64,000 nt of DNA from Paraphysomonas bandaiensis (lineage: Eukaryota; Protista; Chrysophyceae). The notes below the pieces were generated by a model that did not search any database, was not told the origin of the DNA, and saw only the letters and a list, made by a program, of their open reading frames with translations. The stretch's first letter is position 1. Each line of letters opens with the position of its first letter. Positions 36,487-51,400 of the stretch are shown piece after piece. Where the stretch lies: assembly GCA_965644295.1 (NCBI GenBank), contig CBFFRP010000184.1, positions 1-64,000 of the forward strand. Direction: 5' to 3'. The translations under genes were made by a program, and so were the position numbers.

Positions 36487-39400
36487 TCATTTCTTCTTTT
36501 TCACTTTCTTGGCCTCCAAATCTTCTTTCTGCTTGACTTGAATCTTCTTATTGGCTACCGTTAACCATTTTGCGCTAGCGTTCTGCCACTCTGATTCCGA
36601 CGCCTTTATTCTCCCTGCAAGCTCCGAACGAATACGAGCAATGTTATCCGCCGCTAGAGCCTTACGACGACTCATTTCAGCATTCTGAATGGCCTCTTGT
36701 CTATCAAAATTCACCCGCGCCTGAGCAACATCACTTGCACGGCCATCTCTAGCTCTTTTGGCTTCGTCTCGGGCCTGTTGTTCGAGCTCAGCAATATGAG
36801 CTCGGTGTGCTTGTATCATCTCAGTTGGTGCAGCACCCTGCTCGTCTCGGGCACGCTTCTCCTCCTTGTCGAATTCCTTTCTCTTTTCCAACTTACTCTT
36901 TTCCAATTCTGCCTGTCTGGTCTCGATCTCAAGGGTAGATCGGTCATTTCCTGCAGCAATGTTCAACTCAAACGCTTTCCTTTCCCGATCTAGTTGGGCC
37001 TCTTTATCTTTAACATAATCCTGCAGATCAGTTTGTACTCTCCGTATCTTAATTGCAGCTTCAGCCTCGAGCGTTCTACGGTCATTGTTAAGATCCTGCC
37101 CCCGGGTGAGTAGCTCATTTCCTTCGATTCTCATGGCGGCACCGAAATACCAATCGTCGGTTTCGGGCATTTGAGAAAGTGCAGTTTGTAGATCTTGTCT
37201 AATCTGTTCGCTTCGGCTGCGAAACTTCGTTTCCAAGCTCTCCTTAGCTAAACGAATCCATCTTTGGGCAAGAGCTGTAGTGGCAGCATTCACATTCACC
37301 TCACCAAACTGCTCCTCCAGAGCTTTCTTCATCTCAGCTGCTTTCTCCGCATCAGAAACTACTTTTCCAACCGCTTCTTTCGCTTTCTTCATCTTCAACT
37401 GTCGCATTCGTTGAGCATATTTATCCATTTGTTTTCGGGCATCTTCACGTGGAAAACTCCCCCCTAACTTCTTTCTCGCAGCATCAAGCCATTTGCTCAT
37501 CATGCGCCCTTCTGGTGAGTTGCGGTTGACAACCATTGGATCAAATACTTGGTCATCACCCTCATCATCTGAAGAAATGTCTTCCGGTCGAGTGATACGT
37601 GTTGCTCCTGGCTCCCGACCAGCCCTCATTAGCCGGTCCTGCTCAATGGCGTCTTCGCACACAGTACAACGAGTACAATATTCAGCATGGGACCGGAAAA
37701 ATGCTTTCCATAGTTGTGGATCAAGCTCATTCGGCGTATAGTGGTCTTCGAACATCGCAATCAACCGATCAATAGCATATGGATCTGGCTTTCCATGCGT
37801 CGCCAGGTGACAAACAAGCCGTACATTATTCACTTGGGGCGTTCGACCACAGAGCTCACAAGCCAGCTTGATGTGCTGATCTATGATCCCACGTACAAGC
37901 TTCGCAAATGCTCGACGCTTTCGGGCTTTCGCTAGCCATAATCGGGCTATCGCAAGATTGGTTCCTTCTAAAGGCTGCCGTGACCAGTTTCTCCTAGCAT
38001 TTTCCAATTCATCCTCCTCGTCGCTTGATATATCTTCTCTGTCCCCCGCCCGTCGCATGCCCTCTCCCATTGCCATCAATTCAGCATACACATCTCTCAC
38101 ATATTCAACAACTGGCCTACCGTCATGACCAGGGTTTTCCAGTGACCTTGGAGTGATTAGCTCGACCAGGTGCTGCAAAATCCACGGACGATTACGTTCT
38201 AAAAACCGATGTCGAAATCGCTCTGAATTGAGAGCCTGTAATTCCATTCTCTCTTGCTCCAAATCCTGTTGACGGCCTTCACCAATCGCCAGTTTCGCAG
38301 CCACGTCATCATCAACTGTTCCTTCAATTTGCTTCGTTACCCACATTCCGCGCCATCCAATACGCAATATTTTAACATCCCCAAGCCTTCTCAAAACAAT
38401 GCCCATAATCTCCCCGCCAATTATCATCACTACTATAAGTAAGCAGGCAACGGGGTCTGCAAACGGATTGTAGAGGTTCTTGACATAGATGGTCATGCCG
38501 AATATATTCATAATCATACCCATTGAGAACAAAGTGACAATGAAATAGTACTGTGATGAAAAGCAAAGCATATCCAACGTCTGAAAGCCCTCCGATATCG
38601 ATTCGTCTAATAAAGAGCTCCGTAACATCCATCTATGTTCTCTGACACTGAACCGATACCGCTGGTACGATACGTAATCGTAAACCTTCCAACCATGCAC
38701 AAGTTCCTGTGTATTCAACAGAAATACATCCATGGCAAGCAAAAATGGAATAATATACAAGGCAAAGAGAATGTAATATATCATTTGATTTTCAAGAATA
38801 CCATAGAGTGGGGCAATTTGTATCTCGTCATAAAAAATGAGCAAAATAACGTTGATGATGGGAAAAATAAAGAGAGCAGACACTTCCGTCGAATAACCAG
38901 AAAAGCTGTCCAGTAGAGGTTCGATTCCTTCACTCTCCAATTCAATCTCCTCATTTATTCGACGCCATTCAAGTTCCTCTTCGGCTTTCTCCTCTCGAGT
39001 CATTCGGCGATTGCTTCCGTAGCTTCTTTTGAGTTGCATCATCCAACGGGGCCAAAGCTTATTCACTTCGCCAATAGTAGGATCTAAGTACATTCGCTCG
39101 ACAACCATGACGCATAATTCGACAAAGTATGACAATATGAAATCAGAAAAGTCATCTGCTCCCATTGTTATCAGCCCCTCAGTAACTGTGTAAAGAATAA
39201 CAAGAGGGTTGATCATCAACATTTCTTTAAGCATATCTTCGAAGAAGTAGTCCATCCATTTTTGGCAAACTTTGAACAGAATGATATACATGTAGACATC
39301 ATCCCCGAAAGTAGATGAAAAACTAAATTCAATTATAACCATCATAAAGAGTTCCAGTAACATTGATGCGAGCATCAGATGAGCGCGTTTCCATATCATC

Positions 39401-42400
39401 GGTGTCCATATCGGAGATGGTGCAATAAGCTCATCTTCATCGCCATTACCATCTTGAACATCTGGGATAACCTCTTCGGCATACACATCATCATCTCCGT
39501 GTTCATCTGTCCACTTGGGAATAATAAGGCGTGCAGATAAAAACGTGATATACAACCCCATGCCCATGAAGCATGTCCCCATTCTCCCAACTCTGTATAA
39601 ATTAATTCGTGAAAGATCAAGTGTCAATGAATCCGACCAGTCACCAGGAATATCTTCAAAGCAAGTAGCTGAAGGTTCTTCAACAGGGTCAGGAGAGCAT
39701 AATGTACCACCATCTTCGTAGGACGAAAGCCACGCAGATATCCACACCGCCCCAATGAGAACAGGAGTTACTGCAAGCGTACACCCCACAATAGGGGCCT
39801 CTGATATAATATGATACAGAATATAAGAGTGGAAGGCGGGTGGGTGCCGTAGCTTCGTCAGTGCGCGGTTAATGGCCCATACAATGACTGCCACGGTAAT
39901 TGACAACAACCCAACCATGGTAAAAAAGAACATGTAGACATCAGCCGTAAATTCAAACATATTCAATAGCTCGAACCACCACAACGCCTTGTATCTGATT
40001 TCTAATTGATATTCACTTGTGGCAATATCTTCATTGAAGTCAGTGACGCACTGAGGGATACCCTGCTTCTCAAGATTTTTTTGCTCGGAACTTCCTGACG
40101 TAAGTGTGTGGCACTGAAAGTCCGGCAAATACGAAATAATTGCTACAACCAAACGTTTATAACCCTGAGTAACTTGATAGTACTGGATAGTTAGTCTCAC
40201 TTGCCTAGGCACGACGTTGTTTAAGCCGTCTGCTTCTTCATCTACAGTTACTGGAAGTGCTTCGAATGTACCGCGAAGTTTATCGAGGTATGAACTTCTT
40301 CCCCAGCGCTTTGTGTAATTTCTAGAAAAATCCGGATTTTGTTTAAAGACAGATTCGTAGTCTTTGGGGGCAACTGGTTCTTTAGTTAAGTAAAATATTG
40401 CTTCTCCACCTTCCATCTCAAACCATCTAGGCTGTCCAGCAGGAACATCTATTTGCTCCTCGAATATGCACTCCAAAATAGCCCCCCTATGCTTGGACGT
40501 AAACCACTCCACCTCTTTTTGATTGATGACTCGAGTAACTTCGTCTTTCGGGACCACATTATAGCATTTATCAGCAGTGGGATATATCTGATTGTCCCAA
40601 ATGTACTGGCTCACAGGTTTCGTAACTTCGTAATCAATGATTTTGCAATCAGGGTGTGTTTCAAGCATTTTGCTGATAGACATGTAACTGTCAAACCCTT
40701 TACAGTTGCTAAAAAATGGAAAATACGGCAAACCCAAGTATGGGTTTTCACCCGTGTCATCTCCTACAATAAACCAATCAGCGCTTTGCTGCACATCAGT
40801 GAACGGATCTGGCACAGCATACAGGTCCTCACTAACTTCTTCTAGGTCTGGAACAGTGACATACTCTTCAAAAGTGAGAGACGAGTTAGGGTTCTGTTCA
40901 ATATAATCGAAATAGTTCAGTCGTTCTCTAGCCTCATATCTTTCAGAATACTGAGGATCACCAACAAAGAGGTCCGAATTTCTGTTAATTAAAACTTTGT
41001 TTTCAAAACGAACACTTGTGGTGCCAGGAGCACCACCGATGGGCTCTCCAGGCAGCCGATACACTTCAGTGGGCAAGTTCAACGGTGGCTCCATAAACTC
41101 AAAGTCTTCGGCGTTGATAATTGCCATAAAGGCAGCACGAGAAGGATGGGAGGCTGTGTATTTCGCACGCCCGGGCGAATGCACATTGATGTCACCTTTG
41201 TTCGGAACATAACCATCGAAAGCTGTATAGTAAATTCCATTCAGTAGTTCCATGACAACTGTCAGTTCAACATGCTCCAATGCTATAATACTTATCTGTT
41301 GAAAATCGTGCTTATTGTCAGGAAACCCCGCGTCAACTCTGTCGCTGGTGAAGTAGTAGGGCAAACTATGTCTCTCACACTGACAGCACCCGGGAGTCAT
41401 TTCATAGAAGTCGTAGTTAGGATCCGAATAAAGCCTCCACTCTTCATCCTCAACCCATGTTGATTCTTCTTGCTTGTCAGCACCTTCTGCAATTGGCCCA
41501 TCAGGGCCATTCCTGGTGTCAATTTCCCACACTAACTTTGGATATGTTCTATCTTCACAGAAGAAAGGGATTTGCCGACATTTATATAAGTCAGGTTCCA
41601 TGAAGCGAACATCTACATAAGGTGAATCACAAGGAACTTTGGTTCCGTTAACCATGACACACGATTCAAGCTTATAGCGGTTCAGACATTCTTCATACTT
41701 CTCTTCTTGAAGAGCAAGACTCGGAGTTGTGCAAACTGGTGGCTCGGACAGGTAATCACAGATATAACGCGTGGGGCAAGGCTTGCAGTCCACATAGACA
41801 GCCCATACATAGTGGTCGCCATAAGTTAAATTAGTTTCAAGGCCGGACATATCCAGCGTGAAGGTCGCAACTTCGAAAGCTTCCAATACAACAGTACCCA
41901 CAGTATACGTCTCCTCTCCCAGCTGACTGTCTGCACCTCCTAGTTCCCAAAAGTCTGTCATATTCTGTAAATATGGCTTGGAATCATTATACCAATTAGG
42001 AACAACATTCACACGACGCAATACGTCAACCCCAGTCGACAAACAGTCTTCTACACTGATCGATCTTACCACAGAAACTGTACCATTTGGACACTTGTGA
42101 AGCCGCTCACATTCACACACATCATGTCTACCAGGCCCAAGCTCCATATCACCGGTCACCGACATCTGCATCTCCAGCCAAACAAGATCCTCCAATCTTT
42201 CTCCGAATTCCTCAAGAGCTCTAATTGATTTATATAAATCAAATGTATACGGGTCCATTTCAGTGCGTTCAGACAATCCGACTTCCTCTAATTGATTATT
42301 CCATTCTGCTTCCACGGCACTTTTAAGTTCGGGATATGTAGAAAAGTTAAGCATCTCAGTCCAAGTGAATTGCACCTCCAGTCCACTATTCAAATTCAAC

Positions 42401-45400
42401 GTTCCATTCATACGAGGTCCGATTGAGGGTTTAGAATCCTTAAATTCTAAGGCGCCAGATGTCATCGTAATCTTTCCGTCTGGCATATCAGCAGAAAACT
42501 CACATATGGTAGAAGTTTTATGAATTCTCTCAAACCACACATCACGGTTACCAGTATAAGGTGGGTTGATAGACCCAATACCAAGATCGTCAAGTGGCAC
42601 GTCAGAAGTGCATTTCCACAAACGATATATTGCCATCATAACTCTAAAATAGGTGGCACAATCGCACTCTGCTCTGAAAATAGCCTGATCCACTAGTCGC
42701 CATTTATGATCACGTGCACACATACTATTTTGTGAGGTAGCTTGGTTAACTATACTAGGGCGATAGTATTTTCCATCATCATATCCTGTCAAGGTGGAAT
42801 CATTTTGGTAAGGAGCACGACCGGGAACAGCTTCAGCCAAATATTCAATATGAATATTAAGAAGTTCTTCACCTTCAGGAAGCCACTCGACAACATACCG
42901 CAATTTCAATTCGCTGTCTACACCATCTTTACACCTCAAATCATGTAGCGACAGCGTTCTGACATCATCGTTTCCGATATACGCAACATTGCGAGTGTCG
43001 CGATAAGGATCGGCAGTCTCAGGGTCAATATTTCTGTTTGTTGCATCGTTAGCACGAGTTCCTAACGTCGCACTACCAGTTCCCGACGGGCAAAAATGAT
43101 CAGCGGGACATTCGTTTCTGAAAGCTTGACCAAGTCCCGTTCCATCACCACAAACATAACCTGCCGGACAAAGCATCTTAAATTGCCCCAATGCGGAAGG
43201 TAAGTTCGTATCTGGAGTTGTACCGAAATCGCATACGTATCCTTCTCTACATTGATACGCCGTACTTCTTTCTGATGAAGTCATTTCATCACATATAAAC
43301 CCTTCCGGACATGTTTCTGCTTCGGACTCAGCGCTAACAGAAGAGGCTTGATAACATATCTGGTCTGCTTCGCATGTTCCAGGATACAAAACATCCAGGC
43401 CCCGTAAAATATATTGCTGTACTCCCGTTGGATCATAGTTGGGATCTGTATACACGTACTCATCGACCCCCGTGTCACTCTCTCTGTATCGTGAAGCATT
43501 CATCAGTCTTATACCTTTCGTGCAATTGTAAGCTGGTTCATATCTTCTTGCGTGAGGTAAGTCAATACTCATTGATCCTTTACCAAAGAATCCGTCATAT
43601 ACATCTGTTCCGTAACCTTGATGCTCCTCGCCTTTCTGAATGAAATAAGTTGGACCGTAATAATCAGATATACGTTGATACAACGACGAGCCTAATCTCT
43701 GCGCGTTATAGTAGCATTTAGCCTGCTGCTGATACTTGACAGATGCTTGATCAGTTGTACGAAAATGAGCACCGCGTCCCAATATATCGATGTAAGGGGG
43801 GACCAATTCTCCAAAGAAATAAATTTGATTGACTGGGTCAAGGGTGCCATCCGAATATCCGGGGTTTAACTTCAAGCATTCAAAATCACTGTATCGAGGG
43901 GGCATATCAAACTCACCAAAATAATATTCAACAACAGGGTTTCCATCTTTCTTCACAATTGGTTCAAAAGGGGTTGGTAAGTCATCCCAAGAGCACGGCA
44001 TCGTCATACCCTCAACTGCGCATACAGTGCCAGTTGGACATCGAATACATTCTCCCCTCTCTCGTAGACCATAGTTCTTCGACCAAGTTCCCTGAGGACA
44101 TGCTACACAAGGGAGGCCATCTTCTTCTACTGTGGAGCGGAAAGTTCCTGGCACACACAAATCAGCTATCATCTGGCCTTCGTTTACACAAGATGTCCCA
44201 GGTGGACATGGATAACATGTCGTAGTTTCGATTGTCGGAGCATAGTACCCTGGTAAGCATTGTGCAGGCCGAATTGTACCCTCCAGCTCAGCATACCAAC
44301 CCAATGGAGATGGAATTGGTGTCGCGGTACCTAAAGGACAGTAAAACCCAGTTGGACAAAGGCCAGAACCCTGGGGTGTGGCCGAAGCCGCTTCACAAAA
44401 GAAACCTTCAGTGCAAAGTTGGGCGTTTCTAAAATTCCCTTTCTCAACCTCTGCAAACCCAACTCCTTTTAGGCAATAAGTACCTGGGGAACATGGGTAA
44501 GGTCGCAAAGTTGTATCATTTCTAAAAGGATCCGCTGTTATGGTTCCATTCGGGCAGTAGTACCCGGCAGGACACTGGTGATTCGGAGCACGCAGTCCTT
44601 CTTCACTACATGCAAAGCCTGGTGGGCATATAGCAGGTCCTACTCGACCAAATCCAGGGCATATGAAGCCCCTAGGACAAATCGTACATTTTAACATCGC
44701 TATCTGGCCATTGAAGTGGCCTGGTGGGCAAGGTAACGGATCCCAATGGCCGTCGCGCGGACAATACGTTCCCACCGGACATGCTAGTTTCACTCCAAAT
44801 GGGCAGTAAAACCCCTGAGGACACTCTCCAGCACCAACAGGATCAGCACTTCCTTCCGGGCAATACATGCTCTCGAAGCAAGGCTGAGGAGTAGTAAAAT
44901 TCTTCATGTTGCCCTCATCTACTCCAACACCTGGATGACAATACATACCAGCAGGGCAAGGTACTGGACGTCGGAGTTTGAACTTACTGGCAGAATAGTC
45001 GAAGGCATAATCAGTGGCTGGAAAGTCCTCGGCATCTTCGTATTTTAGACAAGTATCATCTAAACAAAATCTTCCCCGCAGAGGCGTAAAAGGAGAATCT
45101 GTAGCAAGTGGTAGTAAATGACGCTCTTGCCAAAACCTAGACGGCTCATCAGATGCTTGTAAACCATAGTCATCAGTCTCATTAGTCCAACAACCTTCAT
45201 TTCTAGCACCAAGGTGGAGACTATGCCCATATGCAATTCGCCCTCTTCGTAGGGTTGATGTTCTTTCAGCATGAGAAAGAGACGGATATAACTCAGACGA
45301 TAAGTCAGGATGACCGCACGTCGTAGCGGAAGTAGCTGTTCCTTCCAGACAGAAGTGCCCTTCAGGGCATGGATTATCTGCAATCGTAATACCAGTAACT

Positions 45401-48400
45401 TCACATACAAAACCCGCGGGACAAATTCGAGGAACTTGCATACCCTCTTCTGGGCATACGTAGCCAACGGGACAACGCAAGCAGTCGCTTTGAGCAACTT
45501 TTGGATTGTAGGTACCCTTGGGGCACAGTGTGAAATTCGTATTGAACTCTCCAGGACAAAAGGTGCCCGCTGGGCATGGAATTACACTCTGCTGAGGACA
45601 ATAATGTCCCGTCTCGCATTTTACATTGAAAGTATAGACACGGCGATTATTGGTGTAATCTTGTCCATTGTTAGAAACTTCTATGAACACTTCACCAGGC
45701 TGTATACCAGGTGATGTATGAGCCGCTCGCTCATGGGGAGTATTAAAGGATTGTGAACGGTACTCGCGAAGATAGGCATGGTCTGGCTGCCGCTCAGGCA
45801 TACGTGCAGTGAAACAAAGAAGTAAACTCTCCGATAAAAACGTCGGAACAGAAACGAATTCGCCGATCCTACACCTAAGTTGCGTTGAGTTCACAAAACC
45901 AGCTCCTTTGATAACTACTGGATTTCTTGTATCAATAAAACCTTCATTCGGTAAAAGCGAATCCACTCTGGCATCCTCTTGGTAAAGGTACGCTATCCCA
46001 CTATCAGTAAAATCCTGTCCATTGTTACTTACTTCGACAGTCACAAGCAAGGACATGTACAGTGGAAATCTATATGCCGAAGGGAACAGCAAACGATCAG
46101 GCAAACCTTTGGAATTAAAAGCATCCTCGCCTTGCCAAACAGGGTCAGGATATCGATTTCGAACTTCCGACAGCGCCATTAGTCTTAACCCACCACTTGT
46201 GTCTTCATCTAGAGGAGGCGAAGGACATATGATATAATTTGAACTCACAAATTTTCCGGGAATGTCAGAGTAACCAAACCGACAAGTTAACCTAGATGAA
46301 TTAACAAAACCCACTCCATATACATTGACTAAGGAGCCAGCAGTCGTCGCCGGGCCGGAAACAGGGAATATTCTACTCAAAGCTGGATCGTTATAAAAGA
46401 AAAATGGTACTCTAGAGGCCGTATAATCTTGGTCATTGATGGACACTTCAAAAGGATAAACTCCTGCAGGATGCGGGGGAGCATAGCATTGAATGTTTCC
46501 AACATCTTTCAAGAAAGCTTGTACAGCAATGGAACCAAATTTACATCTCAATTCGTCAGTTTCATTGAATGGGCCACCAGACACAAGGACAGAAAAATTA
46601 CCAGATGTCGGTCCCAGAGGCGGAGACAGCCTCGTAATCGAGATTTCATTATCGTACGAGTATATTATACTGCTATAATCTTCTTCTACAGTTTGTACTT
46701 CCGACACTATATTCTCTGCAGGGTCATCTCTAAAGTATCCATTATTACTGACTTTTAAACTTACAGATCTTTCTGACGAGGTGGGAGATATACATATGAT
46801 TAAAGAAGAATTGATGTAGTGTGCAACTGGTACAACCATGTCTTTCCTGTCACCAAATCGACAGGCTAACTGTGACGACTTGATGAAATTCTTACCATGA
46901 ATCAGCACTTCAGTTCCCCCCCGTCGGGGGCCGTGATTAGGAATGATCGCATACACCTCGGTTTCAGGAATATAATCAAAGGTAACATTATCAACCGACC
47001 AATCTTGGCCGTTTAAGTTGACTCGTACTTGCACAGTGGAGCCATTTCTCTCGTCGAAGCCGTTTTGTTTGGTGTTGATATCCATATGCCAACCCAACCC
47101 CAGTGAATCTTCCACGGGAGTTAGCAGTGGAACATCAATAACCTCATATGTTGAACCACTGTACTCAATTGCCTTCGCGATTATATTCCATGTAAACGAG
47201 CTGCTATCAATAACAGCTGATCCAGTTGAATTAGCTGTTGCTTCCAGAAATGTAATATCATAAGAATAACCACCAAGTACAAAGCCCAGGTTTTCAACAT
47301 AACCTTGCAAAGATGATGACACGATGGTCACATCATTCACACTTCGTAGGGTAGTGATAGCATTGGCTATACGACTTCGGGGTGCCCCGACTGCAACATA
47401 AGAAGATTTCTCTGAGGCTAGTTCAGAATGACAATAAACACCACTGGATCTTTCTTCACACCCGATTTCATTCATAGATACTGAGAACAACCCTCCTCCC
47501 CAATCTAAAGTTGGTTCTGCATATTCTGAAAGGCTGATATCAAGAGTCGTTTGCGAAACATTAAAACTCAGAGCCGGTATAAAATCAATGTTTTCCGCAT
47601 TGTAGGCTTCTCCAGAGTTCAACATAGGAATCAACAATATCAAGTAGTCAGAAGTTGTATTAGACAGTCCCACTCGTTCAACAGTGACAAACGCAGACGT
47701 ATCAGACGACGAAAACAATGTTTCCCATTCGTCCGCACTGGCATTCCAACGCAGGGAACCTATCAGGACATCATACCACATTACATCTATCGTTTCTACA
47801 TCGTCCCCACGGCCACCTCCGCTTATCCTTATATGACCAACAGTTGTAGATGACCCAGCTCTATCTACTGCAACAGAACTGGTTGCGGATGTACCATTAA
47901 GTCGTGAACCATCGACTTCCAACATTCTGAGTCTGCTTTTGGCATGTAGTAGAGACGTGAAAGTTATACTCCAAGAGGACTCTTCAAAAGTCTCTACTAC
48001 CTTTGAGACAGTCACATTGCTCACAGTGGGGAGGTTATTTAAAGCATTCGCAACATCCGCAGCCGAAGAAGTAGGAAACAATAAATTAGTTGGGTCGCTT
48101 CCATCATATGTCAAAGTAAAATTGCCACCGAGAGCACGAGATGTTGTACTCATGACGGTAACATGGCCTGAAACATTCGTTCCTGCGAAAACACCGTCGG
48201 TCGAAACACTTACATTGGGAGGGGGTACACCATAACCGAATTCAATTTCCCACTTATAGTGGGTTTTATTGACAACTTCAGTTTTGGTGACAGTGGTACT
48301 CTGATATTCTGCGTTAAGCATTACCAGCCCAGCTTTCATGGCAGACGCCGGTGCATCTACATCAAGATTGAATGACATATTCGAAAATAAATTCGGCTCC

Positions 48401-51400
48401 AATGATATCTCCAGAACACCATGAAGTGATTCAGTCCCCTCCTGCAAGACAGCGTAGTCAGATGTACTACCACTAGTTGTTAGCAGAGAGCTATTCACTG
48501 CAATAACCTCTCTCCGTTGCAAAAACTCGTAGGAAATATTGAAAGCGATGCTTCCATCACCGAAGGGGCCGCTTCGCTGTACGTTCACATTTGTCACATT
48601 TGCAACACTTTCGAGAGCAGCTACCATTCTAGAAGTGACTGTCATCTCGTCTTCACTAAGCTCCACGAAGACGGTCCCTGAATCAGTTTGGTTATTTCTA
48701 AATCCAAGATAACCGCTTGGCTCGGAACCCTCAACAATGACTTCAACATCACCATAAACATTGGTTCCAGTCATGTTCTCTGTACTGAGAGTTATAAGAG
48801 GCATATTACCGCCTACTAAATTGCCTGTGAATCGAATTTCCCACTCCACACGATCACCAGCAGCTGTCACAACTCGGGTTACATTTACTGCATTTGACGA
48901 CAAAGCCGTATTTATGGCATTGGCTACAGTCTCAGCAGATGCGTCATGAGGAATAGGTGCAGTTGTAAACTGCTCCCCATCGTGAAGTCTAACTGTTAGA
49001 GTGACATTTCCCTGAAGACCTCTCATCGTGCTATTTTGGATGTCAATGGCAGTGACAACATCACATAGCATCAGTGGAACATTATCAATGCGCGACATGA
49101 AAACAATAACCCAAGACTCCATGGTAGAATTACGAATCACTGTGATATTTCCGATCATTGCCCTGTGGGCTGCAAACGCAGACTCGACATCAGCGAGTGA
49201 TGCTCCTGAGGGAATATTAACACTGACATATGACCCATTATATCCCAGCACATCGCAAGAGACGGAAGATGAATCTTCCATTGGAATCGCTTGTATTTCA
49301 TGTGAAGGAATATCCGATCGCCATATTAATTGTACTGAATCTCTACTATACTTAGGGAATATTTGAGAAGGCTCAACAATGAGATCAGGGGTCAAAAATG
49401 AGTCTAACACTGGATATTCACTGCTGTTAAACTCCAACAACCATGAGTTGTGAAAATTTTCATCAATGGAAACTTGCTCCACATACACTCCACTGTACCC
49501 CATGTATGCAAGTGCCGCAGTTACAGTTTCGGCAGATGCATTGAACGCAAAGTACTTTGTTTGCACATCTTCGTACAACATTTGATTCAATTCAGTATTT
49601 CTTGCGCTACTGACGACTTCTTTCAGTCTATCGTCGTAGGCAAACGTTTCTCTCAATGCAAGCGATATATTACCGTGTAGTCTCTCGGTAGTTGCAGACA
49701 CTAGACGAGCAACGATTATTTCGGAGTCTCGAGAGTACTTCGTATATAAGGTAACATCGTCGTACACTTCAGTGGACACTTCATCACAGCAAGCAGTGAA
49801 GAGAGGTATCTCCCCAGAGCGCGATACGAATGTTACCATCCAGGCATACGTATTGATTTCGTGTTGGAAAACGGACCGCACATAATTCAAATGTAAATCA
49901 ACTAATTGTTCTTCACCTCCCCAAGTATTAAAGTCCAATAAACCGGTCGAGAGGCGTGTTACGACGACATCGCCAACATTCGGCAGCTCCTCAAGTATAC
50001 GCTCCAGCTCCTCAGCTGAGCAATCATAGGGGATGCTCTCCGTTGTGAAATTCTCCAACGTCAGGTAAAATGACCCACTTACTATACTTGATCCTGCAGT
50101 GCTTATACGTTGAACTTCAGCTACTCTACCATCACTCAATGTGGAGAAGAAAGCGGCAGCATTAACTCCACTTAAACCAGCCCCATTCACAAGAAGTGGA
50201 TCGATATCGCCAAGGAAAAAGGGGAAGGATATGGACCAATAAAATGTGTTCTCGATTGGACCCTCACTCCGCTCTACCTCACATTGAGCGAAATCACTGT
50301 CAATATAAACGAGAGCATCTTTAACTTCTGTGGCAGAAGCATCAAAGTTCAATGGAGGAGCAGTAACTCGCTCCCTCTCGTTCAATTCGTTCGATTTCAT
50401 CTTATATAAAATAAAAGTTCCACCTATTGTAGATCCATTCACTTGAGTGACAACAGCAGCGTTCAGGGAAGTTGCCGATAGTCCTCTGCTGTCCAGTGAA
50501 ATAGGTGGCACATCACCAATGGGTGTATTGTACTCAATTAAATACATAACTCCGTCGTTGATGAAAGAGTATTTCTTCACGGTAACATCAATATCTGGAA
50601 TAGAATTTAGTGCACTTTCAACAACATCAGCTGTGGAATTCACAGCAAGCGTCCCAGACTTGTACCCAGCAAAATATAACTCAAAAGTTCCAGAAATACT
50701 TCTTGTTGTTCCCGTGCGCACAACTCTGGTTTCAACAGTAGCCCCTACATCCAAATACGACTCCACATCTAAGGCACTTACGTTTCCGAATCTATGGAGG
50801 AACGTAATTGTCCATGTCGGAATATCACTTTCGATAGAGAGCGTTACATCCACTTTACCAATCGTGGAAACGCTTGCCAAATAGGCCTCCATATCCGATG
50901 CCGTTGTATCATGCATAATATTCTCAGTCATCATACCATCTAATCCCAGTCGAAAATACCCGTTACTTGTATTCGATGATCCCTGGAGAGTGATATTTAA
51001 TATTGCAGCCCACCCACCATGAGAAATTGTAACAATTTCGGCGATATCAGATGAATTTACCAGCATGAACTCATTGACATCTCCGAACGACTTCTTAAAT
51101 GTCACCTCAAAACCACTTCCGAATTCGGAATCAAAGCCCGTTACTACAGATCCTACCGCCGACGGTATGCCTTGAAGAGCTATTTCCACTGTTGACGGCA
51201 ATGCGTTGGCAGGGAACGATACTTGACTACCATCAAGTTCAACTGTTATCACACTGTTACTTGGACTTGACTCATTGACATAGATTCTTTGAATTTCTGA
51301 ATACTCACTTTTATGTGAGTTATACGGTGCCCGTAGAATGACTGCCTGTCGTTCTTTAAAAGGGGTAACAACAGTCGTCAATAATTGCACTTCTTGCCTC

